64,000 nt of DNA, from the NCBI GenBank assembly GCA_951406725.2, contig OX597818.1, positions 93,868,001-93,932,000 of the forward strand, read 5' to 3'. A program made the translations under genes and the position numbers. Within the stretch, counting starts at the first letter, position 1, and every line of letters begins with the position of its first letter. The notes under the pieces are model-generated. The model was not told the origin of the DNA and made no database searches. It saw only the letters and a list, made by a program, of their open reading frames with translations. Source of the DNA: Octopus vulgaris. Its lineage: Eukaryota. Below, piece after piece: positions 49,967 through 62,559 of this stretch.

Positions 49967-51373
49967 ATGATGTTTTCGAGTTGTTATGGAAATCTCTGCT
50001 CACAACCTGAATACATGGTTGATCTAGATGTTCTAAATGAGGAATTACACAAAACTACAGGACTAAATGAATGCAAGAATTTTACAGAAGATAATATTGG
50101 ACATATTGATTCTCGAGACGACGATCGCAAAAATGCTACTGATAATCATATTGGTAATGTGAGGAAAATGATTCAAATAGATGTTAAGGAAGGCCAAAAC
50201 CATGACCAGTTAAACGATGATGATGAAACAGCAAAACATGACTATTCAAAAGACGAGAAAACTAAGAGATATTGTGTATGTGAAGTAGCAGACGATAAGA
50301 AGGTGTATGTAAACAACAGATTGAAATGTAAGACACTGAATGGAGAAAAGTCTGTCAGCCCTGACAACCATCCATTTAAATTGAACAAGAGAAGCGCAAA
50401 ATTAGATAACTCTTTACCAAAGAAAGACAGGGAAAGTTTTGCGATGAACAAAAATTGGAAAATCAAAGGAGGAAAAATAAATTCGATATCAAAAATAAAC
50501 CCACATCGCATTAATACAGCCACGGAAATGATTCAAAATAGTAAGACAAATTTAACTTACTCGTTGTTTTATATTCCGAAATGTTCAAGAAAGGAACAAC
50601 TAGAAAATAATGATGAAATTTCGTCAATTAGAAGACCATTTGAGGAATGCCAAAATTTCACAACACACGAACCCCACCTCAGTATGTCGTCATGTGAATA
50701 CAGCATTTCGTTGGTAGACATGTCATATAAAAGATCTGTAAGAAAAACAGCTTATCCTCCCAGAAGAATTTCTGAAAACAAAGTTTCAGCGCCTCTGAGA
50801 CGTCAGAGGTTTTCATATCCACAAAATAATAATAATTCAGCAAGCCCAAAATCCAAGCAAGGCCGTTCACGTTCACAGCAATATACTGAATTAGAAGATT
50901 TAGAGAAACTTGCGGAATTAGTGGCACCTCGCTCTACTCCAGACATACCTGTACTATATAGTCCACAATATGCACCAGAATATTATGTCGATATAAACCC
51001 ATATTCACGTCGCGGTACACGACGGCGGTCACGAAAATCACTGGAGAATCAATATTATGTAGTGGCACCACAGCCATATCAATGTGTACCAGAATATCAT
51101 CTCGATATAGAGTCAGAATATATTCTTGAGGTAGGGCCAGAATTTTGTCTTGATGTCGAGCCAGAATATCCACGGCGAGTTTCACAGAAATTTGCTACAT
51201 CACGTACATCAAATGTACAAGAACCCCCCCCCCCATCACTTCACATAAGCATTTCCTCAGAAAGGCAGCGGCCAAATTACGATAAAATACGAGGTACATA
51301 TCATTGTCGTCACTGGTCTTTACTACAGAGTACAGATCCAATGGTTTTGCAAGCCTTTAGAAGGATAAATTAA
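49967..51373 (+). CDS. Intronless uncharacterised protein, paralog 1 (468 aa; acidic N-terminus, Arg/Ser/Tyr/Pro-rich C-terminus)
   Basis: A long open frame in AT-rich DNA, alignable with 58526-60328 and sharing the C-terminal stop context (F-R/K-R-I-N*). AATAAA at 51542. The true start is uncertain. Confidence 0.7.
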   Translation: MMFSSCYGNLCSQPEYMVDLDVLNEELHKTTGLNECKNFTEDNIGHIDSRDDDRKNATDNHIGNVRKMIQIDVKEGQNHDQLNDDDETAKHDYSKDEKTKRYCVCEVADDKKVYVNNRLKCKTLNGEKSVSPDNHPFKLNKRSAKLDNSLPKKDRESFAMNKNWKIKGGKINSISKINPHRINTATEMIQNSKTNLTYSLFYIPKCSRKEQLENNDEISSIRRPFEECQNFTTHEPHLSMSSCEYSISLVDMSYKRSVRKTAYPPRRISENKVSAPLRRQRFSYPQNNNNSASPKSKQGRSRSQQYTELEDLEKLAELVAPRSTPDIPVLYSPQYAPEYYVDINPYSRRGTRRRSRKSLENQYYVVAPQPYQCVPEYHLDIESEYILEVGPEFCLDVEPEYPRRVSQKFATSRTSNVQEPPPPSLHISISSERQRPNYDKIRGTYHCRHWSLLQSTDPMVLQAFRRIN

Positions 51374-52397
51374 ACAGTAGTTTACGTAGCCAGGACTGAA
51401 TACAAACCATGGAGAGCCCAGGCTACTTGAAATTCAGTGGGACCGTCATGCACAAGAATTAGTTTTGGAAATTTAGCAAATATTTATTAGAACGTATCTA
51501 TTGCATGTAATTGAATTTAACGAGTTAGTAGAGAAGGCTTAAATAAATGACTGAAAATGTCTCTGTATACACGAAACTGTCTCTGTATACATTTTTTCTC
51601 ACATTCACTTGCAGTGTTTGATTTTTCCTTCATTGTGAAAAATACACTGGAGGAGGGAAGAAGTGGGATAGAATACGATAAAATGATAGAAAATTACGTA
51701 ACAGAAAAATACTGTATATCATTTTAATGGTTGTTGTTGCAAAGCCACGATGAGGGAGTATGTGGGTGAGTGGGGGGAAGACAAACATTTGAAAGGTATT
51801 AATTTAAACAAAATTTGTTTTAAAAAAATGAAAGGCAAAATCCTCACTAAAACGGGGAAATTCCAACATATATGGGACAGCTTTTCCGAAAGTCTGTTTT
51901 TTCACTTTTAAGGAGTGACGGGGTACAATGAGTAATAGTTACCGCATTTTTGACTTGAGGAAAAAAATAGTTTTATAAATATTCATTACCTAACAAAAAC
52001 TACATGAGCTAAGCAAATGATCTTTTCTAAATGCATTAATATACTATAACATTCAGAATACTATTTCGGAAACCTATCTCCGCTCTCTTTGAGTATATAA
52101 AAGACAAATTTAGATGGGGCAAAATGAGTAAGACAAGATGAGGTAAATTTGTCTTTAAATTTTCGAGAATAACATTTGAAAAGAAAACCTCATACTCATC
52201 AATTTCCCCTCTTAGACACTAGAAAGATCAGAAATTCAACAAAAATTTTAAATCTATAGGTCAAATGAAGGAAAATCATGGAAAAATGACAGGATGTGAA
52301 ATAACGAAACTCGACTAGATTAAAAAATCTCAACATAAAATATTCTCTATAGCTTCTATATGATCTATTGGAGTAGCTCTCGGCAGAATTCTAGTTT

Positions 52398-52818
52398 AAG
52401 CACCCCATATAACCTCTCATAACCTTGTTTTATTTTTTAGAATTTTCAAAACATTTTTGAGAATTTGTATTCTACATACTGCAATTCATGCAAATACAAA
52501 AAAAAAATTCTTTTAATTTTTCGAATTAAAAAAAAATCAGTTTTAAATACGGACAGTCAAAACTTTTGGCTTAAATCACAGCAACAGACCATTAAATGTG
52601 TCTATGGAGAGAAAAATTTTGAAAAACATCAAGACGTCAGAGTGACAAACAAACGAGGTGGTTACCAGGTGGTCTTGAGATGTGCTAAAAATAACAGCTA
52701 AATAGCCCTTAAATCATACATGTTTTTTTCATAGTCGTATAAATTCCCGTATGTAGAATACAAATTCGCAAAACTTTTCTGAAATAAAAAAAGTTATGAG
52801 GGTTTATATGGGGTGCTT
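52398..52818. repeat. Foldback/MITE-like element (second copy at 61389-61798)
   Basis: aagcaccccatataacc...ggtttatatggggtgctt with about 90-bp imperfect arms. Confidence 0.75.
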
Positions 52819-52999
52819 TATTCAGACTGGCTCTTGAAAATTATCAAACTGGGCATTAATGGGGGGAAAATTAATGGGCAGTACAACAGAAAAAAGAATA
52901 TTGATTGTTAAACTCAAAAAATTACACTTGATAACAAATTTCAATTTTTTTTTTTAGGTTTGGTATCTAAATTTCTGATATCTAAATTTCCCTATCACG

Positions 53000-54180
53000 T
53001 CCAGGTTTTGTGTCCCATTTTAAAATAAGATTCAAGCATGTTTTCTACGATTTCACGATGGCTTTCAGCTTTGTGGTTTCCAAGAAGATTTTTGACACCT
53101 TCAACAAAAGATGTCCATGCTCCTAGTTCATTCCCATTTAGTTTAGAGAGAAACGATGGGTTGTGGATGACACTGCAGTTCTATGATCCAGTGAAAACTC
53201 CCGCTGCTAGATTTGCATATGTCAATATCCTTTTGAATTTATTCTTTAAATATTAGAAGCCACTACCTTATCATCCATAACCTTCACGAAATTTTTCGTA
53301 AGGCCAAGCTTAATGTGAAGTAGTGGAATATGTACTTTCTAAGAGTCAATAAGTGCTGGGTGTTTCATATTTTGTTTATCAACAGCACGTTCAGTTCTAG
53401 GTGGCCAATCATGTTTTTTGTAGTGGTTCTTGTCACCTCTGCTGTTCCATAGACATAAAAATCATATATGCATTGTTTTGCCCAACTGTAACCCAAGAAA
53501 TACTGATACAACTTTAAGGGTGCTACAAATATTACATATGTGGTCTTTATATTTAATGAGTCATAACAGCAGTTCCATTGATTCATAAGTCTCATTAAGG
53601 CCAGTGGCATGTGCTACAAGTTTTGAAGGTTTCTTCATTGTTGCTGTGCAGTAATACAGCTTTAATGATTGCCTTGCTAGAGTCAGTGAACAATCTCCAT
53701 TCTTTTGGCCAATGATATCGTGGCAGAAAACAAATATTTTCCTCCTGTGAGTAAAATGACGAAAACTGCAGATGGTGACGGCGTAAATGCGAAAGTTTGG
53801 AGTTTGGTTGGAGAAAATTCTATTTTTGAAGTCTGGAACCGAGCAACTCTGTTTTTTCTTTTGGTAATTCCAAATCGCTCACTAAGTCATTTAACATCTA
53901 CTTGATTTAGCAAATGTGGTGAACAAGTTGCATCTGCAACATACACGCCATCATTGCCTATTTCTATATCATGAGCAGAATCTTCAGATGAACTACTGTC
54001 TTCCACAACCGCTCAACTGGATTGTCACGTAGCGACTGACAGTTGCCATCTCCGGATAAATTTTATTAACCAAACTCGTTAGTATTTGTATATAGTTGGC
54101 AAACAAAAATTGCTTCAAGCTTGAAAAGCATGTTTCATATTACTAGCATTAACACGATTAAAACCAAAATCTAGACGTGG
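53000..54180 (-). mobile_element. Decayed DNA transposase, Chapaev3-like
   Basis: Paralogous to 62560-63930, with PLHIKLG..KNFVK and LKLYYC/KAVLLH-type remnants. Confidence 0.65.
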
Positions 54181-55061
54181 TAGTAAATTTTACTAAGTGA
54201 TTTGCATTTTACACAAAATCTAGAGTGATAGAAAAAATATAATTATAGGTTTGAAATCAGCAAACCGAGATTAAAATCTTTGTTGCTAGTGTTATCTAGA
54301 TATTTGGTTATCAGCCTCAATTACAACTGGGTCAAAGTTGAGGAAACATTTCTTGAAAAAAAGTACATGTTACCTGACTATGTTTCAAACTCTGTCAACT
54401 GCAACAACAACTACTGTAGTAACCAATGTTTACATCTAAAACATTCCAAAGGAATTAATTGGATAACTGCTTCGGAACTGGGGCGCAAACTGTTAATTGA
54501 ATGAATTGGTGTCATTAATGTGAATAAATCTATGGTTATTTATCAAACAATAGGATCCATTACATTTTAAAAATATGTTTGTATATTGAAGGAAAGTTTC
54601 TGCATGCAAGATGGCTGGGAGGTGGGGAATTATTGAATTGCGTACTCCATACCCTTCATAGCAGGGGCCTCCGACATCGAGGATGGTCCGGGGCAATTGC
54701 TCACCTCAGCTTCCTTATAAATCCGGCCCTGTACGTAGTAACAGTCCATTAGCGTCAGAAACATCATTTCGTCCTCGTCTCATTTCCAGCTCTAGGTGAA
54801 GCACATTGTCACCATATAGATCATCAAGCTTACATCGGAGCAGTTCACTGGAACCAGAAACATCATTTCCTCTTCGTTGCACTTCTAGATCTGGGTGAAG
54901 CGTACAATATAGTTTATCAAGTCCATGTCGCAGCAGTTCAGTGCCAGCAGGCCCTTTGTGGCCTAACCGAAGCACATCGGAGGAATACAAGGAACGTGAC
55001 TTTTAAACAACAGATACAATTGCTGATCCTCGGGAATTTGAACATCAAGTATCTCCTGTCG

Positions 55062-55605
55062 CAACACGAGACCCTGGCACTTCGAGACGATGATTTGGCA
55101 GTATTTGGGGAAGATGAACGTCGTCCAGATTCAAAGAGTGATTAGTCGAGTGGGTCATGTTTTCAGATTATGTCGATGAACTATATCCTCTGTCAGAGGA
55201 GGAGATAAACTCTGTCTTAAAAAAAGAAGTGGCATAAAGCGTCCTATCGTCGCTATAGTCTAAGTCAGATTAAGTCGCGAATTAGACTTCAAATCACAAA
55301 CATCAAACAATGGCTATTTGAACAAGCACACCCTGTTACAACACGGGCCCGTGGCACTTCAAGACAGAACGTGCTTTTGACGATAATTTGACAACATTTG
55401 GGGAAGATGCACATTGTTAAAAAATCAAAGAGTGATTTGTCAAGTAGGTCATGTTTTTCAGTGAACAAACATCCTCAATCAGTAGAGGAAATAAGCTCTG
55501 TCCAAAAAACGAAGTGGCATAGTGTTCTATCGTCTTTATGGTTTAAGCCAGAGGAAGTCGCGAATTAGACCTCAAATTCCAAACATTGCACAATGGCTAT
55601 TTGAA
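55062..55605 (+). repeat. Diverged tandem duplication, two units of about 280 bp
   Basis: caacacg...tggcacttc...tttggggaagatg...caaagagtgatt...gaagtggcata...gtcgcgaattagac...caatggctatttgaa occurs twice. Confidence 0.85.
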
Positions 55606-58340
55606 TACAATGAACATCTATTTTAATAACAGTAAAATTCTGCCTGTCTAACTAGGATCCCTGTATCTCAGTCTACATTTGCTCTACATAGACATATTAT
55701 AACTTTTTTGGAATCAGTATGATCCCGGGATTGAAAACCTGCCCTTCATTTGGTTCTTGAATATCCAGCCTTGGGATTTGATTTAAAAGCATTTGTGTTG
55801 CTATTTCTAGCAAGTAAAGCGACCATGAGAGGTTTCAATGCTATAGTACAAGAGATACTTTCCTTAGCTTAAAGTTTTAGTAAGGAATTTAGTGATACAT
55901 TTATCTTTTCTAGTCATCAGACTGCGGCCACGTGAAGAATTTTAATCGAATAAATCGACATCACTTCTTTCTTTTTTGTACCTGGTACTTTTTTATTGGC
56001 TTCTTTTACCGGACCGCTAAGTTACATGAACGTAAACACATCAACAGCAGGTATCAAGTGGTGGTGGGTAAATTTTACTGTTATTAATATAGATGTTCAT
56101 TGTATTCAAATAACCATTGTGCAATGTTTGGCATTTAAGGTCTAATTTGCGACTTCCTCTGGCTTACACCATAAAGACTGTGACTTGGCGTTTCTCGCGA
56201 TTTAGGGGTGTTCTAGTATCATGTTCGTGTGTTTAAAAAGGGTTGCGATGATGTTTTCGAGATATATTTAATAGTTGCATCTTTTTGCTGTTAAAGGTGA
56301 CGAGATTAACATGGCCACATTGGAAAATGTTTCCAATGACCCTGTTTATAGTATCAGAGCATGTTTGGTGCAAGGTGTGTTAATTGTTTGGACGCAGAAG
56401 ATTAGTAAGTAATAAAAAAAATGCTGGTAACGTCTACACAGGAATAGCTGTTGTTCGAAGTGACGACAAGTAAGTTGTTGATACAGAATAGGAAAATTGT
56501 GCAGGACCAAGCCGTATGTTAGGGCACACCTGATTTAATTGCGTCCTAGTCAGAGTAAGAGTGTCAGCACTCGTTCCGATGATCTGATCTTACCCGAAGC
56601 CATTGATTCAAATGATTAGAGATGGAGTGAACCAATAAGCCTGCGATATTGCCCGGAGATTTGCATGTCTGACAAGATCAAAAGATTTACAGATGTAGAT
56701 CTACCTCAACGAATGTCATATTGGTGGCTTTTGTGGAGAGAAAGAAATTCAATGTATTGCAGGTTATTGTTAATGGCTGTCCCAATCAGTTTTAAGTTGT
56801 TGGAAATGAAGAATACTCAACACCATGGTCAGAGCAGCGATATTCCAATAGTATGAGAAAAAGAGAAAATATGTATGTATGTCTATATGTATGTATAATT
56901 TTAAATTCCTTCTCCATGTCAATGTATTGACATCGCCAGATAAAAATATTTATCTGGTGGCTGAACTTAAATTTGACACAAAATCTCTAACATAAGTTCG
57001 AAGCTAAACACTATTCTTATTCTAACCTAAGCTCTGTTGTTAACTCATTTGAAATCCGAACCCTATTTTGTAACTACTAAAATGGACTCTTTTCTCTTAA
57101 ATAACCAGTTGTATGGATTGGCCTGGAATGTCATAGAAATGGCCACTTTCCCTTGAATAAATCATGAAAAAGAATAATGCTTAACAAGGGTAGATACAAC
57201 GTAAATGAATATCCTGCCAGAATGATAAGGACAGGCTGTATGTAGTTAGCAGAGGAACCTGATGTATTAAAGAGTAAAAGCAAACGAAATCCATATATGA
57301 TATCCTTTCATTCCAGCCAATATTAGACGATGGACAGGAGCGATACTAGTAAATGCCATGAGTAGAGAGGTTACACACCGTTGTAAATTATTCTGCAATA
57401 TGAAAGTCATCATTTGTCGTATATTTCGGGCAGCACAAATACATTTCGACATTATCACTCTCACCAGCAGTTCCAAATAACATTGATATTACCGGGACAT
57501 ACTCTGTTTCTTTTGTTCTATCACATACTTTTCTCATTATAGATTTCCCTGTCATTTTTAATGTCACTACATGAATCGAGTGACGATTGTAATTACTCTA
57601 ACCCTGTGATTATTTGTTTAATGACTCAAATATTTGGGGATCGTTATCAGCTTTGGTGTTTTCTTAAATACATTAGCCAATACTTTCCCCAAAGTACCGT
57701 CAACTCAGCATCGTTTTCGGACAGAGAGTCATGTCCGAAATATCAGACATCTCATGCTCATGATACGCTAACTTATTGCCTTTACTATTTGTCGATGAAG
57801 ATTATATCTAGCTTTTTCAGATTTTGGGTTTCACTTGAATAAAGTTGATATATGTGTGTTGAGGGCATCAGATATACTGTTGGCGTATTTCAGGAAACAT
57901 GAATAATTTGAAGGATGTAGTGTAATGAGATCTAACAACTGATGCAGGTAGTTTAATAAAGAGAAAAATCTATAAAGAGAAATTCCGTTAAAGAGAAATT
58001 CTATAAAGAGAAAATCTTTCCATGCATATTTATAAGATGTTAAAATGACAAAGGTTTCAGCGGCTGTTATGTATCCCGAAGTTTGCACCTATACAACACA
58101 CACAAGATAGCAGGGTGTGATCTGAGAGAGATTCAATTGTTATAGAGTGAAGTCTCCCTCATTAGTTTGTCTTTCAGTGTTAAAATCGATTAGAGATAAT
58201 TATGATTTTTAACATAGCTACAAAAGTGCAACTTTATGATGAATAACTAGTTGATTAAAATCCTCTTCATCGTTTTACTGATTGCGCTATTAACCGTTAG
58301 TATATGCATAACACCAAGAATAAAGTGGCGTTGATGATGT

Positions 58341-58418
<78 letters not shown>

Positions 58419-58451
58419 ACGAAACCAAAATAATGACTGTCATATTCATTG

Positions 58452-58461
58452 ATGACGTCAT
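58452..58461. promoter_or_regulatory. Perfect CRE/ATF palindrome ATGACGTCAT upstream of paralog 2
   Basis: Same motif at the same relative position as 49865-49874. Confidence 0.45.
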
Positions 58462-58534
58462 AGTTGAAAGTGAATCATTTTTCAATCACTGAGTTTCATT
58501 TCTCTGCATTGAGAGTCAATTTGAGGTGACCAGA

Positions 58535-60328
58535 ATGAATACTACAGAGACTTATGTTTTTTCGAAGTGTTATGAGAACCTCTGTTCCGAAACTGAAAAA
58601 ATGGCTGACCATTCGCAATATCCAGATGTTCTAAATGAGGGATTACACAAAACTACAGAACTGAATGAAGGCGAAGATTTTACAGAAGAAAATACTGGAC
58701 ATATTGATTCTCGAGACGACGATCGTGAAAATAATACTGAGAATCATATTGGTGATGTGAGGGAAATGATTCAAATAGATGTTAAGGAAGGTCAAGACAA
58801 TGACAAGTTAAACGATGATGATGAAACAGCAAAACATGACTATTCAAAAGAGGAGAAAACTAAGAGAAGTGCATGTGAAGTAGCAGACGATAAGAACATG
58901 TATGTAAACAACAGATTGGAATGTAAGACACTGAATGGAGAAAAGGATGTCTGCCCTGACAAACATCCAGTAAAATTGAACAAGAGAAGCGCAGAATTAG
59001 ATAACTCTTTACCGAAGGAAGACGGGGAAAATTTTGCAACGAACAAAAAATGCATAATCAAAGGTGGAAAAATATCTTCCATATCAAGAATAAACCCACA
59101 TCGCATTAATACAGCCACGGAAAGGATTCAAAATAGTAAGACAAATTTAACAAGGTCGTTCTATATTCCTAAACGTTCAAGGCAGGAACAACCAGAAAAT
59201 AATGATGAAATTTCGTCAACTAGAAGACCATTTGAGGAATGGCAAAATTTCACAGCACACGAACAACACCTCAGTATACCAAAACCATATTTTCACCGTA
59301 TGTCGTCATGTGAATACAGAATTTCGGTGGTAGACATGTCATATTACAGATCTGAAAGAAAAACAATTCATCCTCCTGGAAGAATTTCTGAAAGCAAAGT
59401 TTCAGCGCCTCTCCGGTGTCGGAGTGTTTCATATTTACAGAATAACAATAATTCAGCAAGCCCAAAATCCAAGCAAGGCCTTTCACGTCCACGGCGATAT
59501 AGTCACTTACGAGATTCACTGGAACTTGCTAAATTACGATGGGCATCAAACAACCGGGGCTCTCCCTTCACTGCACAACCACATACTTCACGATATGCAT
59601 CAGAATATCACCACAATGTAAGACCACCACACGTATACAGAACTGCACTGAGAGTTGATAGACGACCTCCACGATATGTATCAGACTATCACATTCATGT
59701 AGAGCCATCTAATTCCAAGCATAACTGTTCACGTTCACAGCAATATAGTCAATTAGGAGATCTGAAACTTACTAGATCACAATGGGAAGCAATAGTACGG
59801 CGCCTTCGCTCCACTGAACAACCACATAGTTCCCGATATGTACCAGACTATCACATTCATGTAGAGCCATCTAATTCCAAGCATGACCGTTCACGTTCAC
59901 AGCAATATAGTCAATTAGGAGATCTGAAACTTACTAAATCACAATGGGCATCAATAGTACGGCGCTTTCGCTCCACTGAACAACCAGACTATGACATTAA
60001 TGTAGAGCCATTTCAACCATCTAGTCGATCACCAGAATCACTGAAAGATACTAGATCACATCAACTACATAGTCCAGAGCTATCATATCTACATCGCGAT
60101 TCACTGGAACGAATTGCATCAAATGTACGGCATCCAATCTCCTCTTCACATAACCGTGCGGGTCGTCGTATCTTCACAAAAGCAGCGACCAAATTACGAG
60201 ATAAAGTACGCAGTATTTTTGGTAAAAAACGTACATGGGCGCCAGACACATCATTTCGTCCTCGTCGCAGTTCTTTACCAAAGAGTACCGATCCCGCGGT
60301 TCTTAAAACCTTTAAAAGAATAAATTAA
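58535..60328 (+). CDS. Intronless uncharacterised protein, paralog 2 (about 600 aa, internal 54-aa repeat)
   Basis: Open frame of about 1.8 kb, paralogous to 49967-51373, with frame-preserving indels downstream of the shared ATGG. AATAAA at 60501. No recognisable domain. Confidence 0.72.
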   Translation: MNTTETYVFSKCYENLCSETEKMADHSQYPDVLNEGLHKTTELNEGEDFTEENTGHIDSRDDDRENNTENHIGDVREMIQIDVKEGQDNDKLNDDDETAKHDYSKEEKTKRSACEVADDKNMYVNNRLECKTLNGEKDVCPDKHPVKLNKRSAELDNSLPKEDGENFATNKKCIIKGGKISSISRINPHRINTATERIQNSKTNLTRSFYIPKRSRQEQPENNDEISSTRRPFEEWQNFTAHEQHLSIPKPYFHRMSSCEYRISVVDMSYYRSERKTIHPPGRISESKVSAPLRCRSVSYLQNNNNSASPKSKQGLSRPRRYSHLRDSLELAKLRWASNNRGSPFTAQPHTSRYASEYHHNVRPPHVYRTALRVDRRPPRYVSDYHIHVEPSNSKHNCSRSQQYSQLGDLKLTRSQWEAIVRRLRSTEQPHSSRYVPDYHIHVEPSNSKHDRSRSQQYSQLGDLKLTKSQWASIVRRFRSTEQPDYDINVEPFQPSSRSPESLKDTRSHQLHSPELSYLHRDSLERIASNVRHPISSSHNRAGRRIFTKAATKLRDKVRSIFGKKRTWAPDTSFRPRRSSLPKSTDPAVLKTFKRIN

Positions 60329-60706
60329 ACAGTATTTTACGTAGCCAAGACTGAATTTAAACCATGGAGGTCCTGAGGACTTGAAATTCTGTGGGCCCCC
60401 TCTTACAGAAGAATTAAAGTTATGGAAATATAGAAAATTTATATCTCAAAACCCATCTATTGGATGTAATTGGATGTGATGAGTTAGCAGAGAAATTTTA
60501 AATAAATGACTGAAAATGTCGCTTTACAGATGTCAAAATTCAATTCTTTTCCTCACACATTCATTTGCAGTGTTCGTTTTTATGTTCAATGTGGTAAGTA
60601 CAATGGCGGAGGGAAGAAGGGGGATAAAATACGAAAAAATGAGAGAACCCCCCCACCCAATAAAAATAAAAATATACCATTTTAGTGGTTGTTACTGTTC
60701 CAAAGC

Positions 60707-60753
<47 letters not shown>

Positions 60754-62559
60754 TGTGTGTGTGGGGGGAGAGATATGGATTTGAAAGACATGGATTTTAA
60801 TACATTTTGTTTTAAAAAAGTTTCCCTTCATTGTTTTGCTATCAAGATAAAGGGATAATCCTCACAAAACGGGGTAATTTCAACATGTATGTGATAGCTA
60901 TTCCAAAAACCTGTGTTCTCCGTCTCCAGTAAGGATGGTGGTGTACAATGGGTAACATTGACTGCACTTTTGACTTTGAGGAAAAAAAGTAGTTTTACAA
61001 GCAAATAACCTTCTCTAAATGCATCAAAAATATTGTAACTTTCAAAACACTATTTCACAAAATTATCTCTGCTCTCTTTCAGCATATTAAAGACAAAGTT
61101 AGATGGGGGCCAAATGAATAAGACAAGATAAGGTAAATTTGCCTCTTCAAATTTTTCAGAATAACATTTGAAAAGAAAACCTCGTACTCATCAATTTCCA
61201 CTCTTAGAAACTAGGAGGATCAGAAATTCAGCAAAAATTTCAAATAACTAGGTCAAACGAAAGAGAATTATGGAAAAATGGCACGATATGAAATTAACGA
61301 AACCCAACTAAATCAAATAACTCAACATAAAATATTCTCTATAGCTTCTCATGATCTGCTGGAGCAGCTCTCGGCAGAAAACTAGTTTAAGCACCCCATA
61401 TAACTTTTATATTTTTGGGAATTTTCAAAAGTTTTTTGCGGATTTGTGTTCTACACACGGGAATTCATACAACTATTTAAAAATTCTCTTTTAGTTTTTC
61501 GAATTTTTCAAAAAAACCACACAGTTTAATATACGGACATTCCGAATTTTTTTTGTTGCTTAATCGCAGCAATAGACCATTAAATGTGTTTATGGGGAGA
61601 AAGATTTTGAAAAACATCAAAACGTCAGAATGACAAACAAAAGGGGTGTGTACCAGCTGGCTTTGAGGTATGCTAAAAATTACAGCTAAATAGCTCTTAA
61701 ATCACACACACACACAAAATGTGTGTAGAATACAAATGCGTAAAAATCTTCTGAAAATTTCAAACAATAAAAGTTATGAGAGGTTATATGGGGTGCTTAT
61801 TCATTCTGGTTCTCTTCCTGATACATTTCTACACCATGTAGTTAAAGAGAAGAGATTACTGAAATTAGTCATAACTTATTTTGCCCCAGTTTAAAAATTA
61901 TTTGTTCAATATTGAAAATAATCAAATTGGACATTAATGCGGGGAAAATTGATGTGTAGTCTAACAGAGAAAAGAAAATTGATTGTTGAACATCAAAAAT
62001 TACACTAGGTAACAAATTTCAAGTATTTTGTTTTTGTTACAGACACCACTTGGTTCCTACCAAATTTCTGATGTTAATTTCAGATCTGATATCTAAATTT
62101 CTTTATCACGTCCAGATTTTGTGTAACCGAAAATCCCTATTATTCATTATTTCTCATCCGCTTCTATTACGAAAGTTGTCTAAGCTACTTTTCCATACCA
62201 TGTTCCATATTAAGTATACTTAAGTAAGTGAACAGGGAAGTCTTTCCTCCTTTATTCTGGCTTAAGACAGACAGCGGAATTCCGCAGGCAGAGTTGTCAC
62301 CCCTGCACTCAACCATCCACCCAAAGCGCCTTAGTATTTTGTTACTACCTATTTCTTTATTACCCACAAGGGGCTAAACATAGATGGGACAAACATGGAC
62401 AGACATAGGTATTAAGTCGATTCCATCGACCCCAGTGCGTAACTGGTACTTAATTTATCGACCCCGAAAGGATGAAAGGCAAAGTCGACCTCGGCGGAAT
62501 TTGAACTCACAGCGTAACGACAGACGAAGTTACTACCGAAAGGCAACTTCTTCTTAATC

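Larger units (their letters stand above)
49588..54183 (+). repeat. Segmental duplication unit 1 (paired with 58188-63969)
   Basis: Collinear similarity across the upstream region, ORF, 3' flank, foldback element and decayed transposase. Confidence 0.9.

Noticed and set aside
57700-57755. Hairpin ttcggac...gtccgaa with CTGATAT and GAAA on the minus strand
   Set aside because: The core deviates from CUGANGA and there is no stem I, which is insufficient for a hammerhead call.
56180-58150. Unique-looking sequence with short ORFs
   Set aside because: No recognisable motif or consistent exon structure could be supported.
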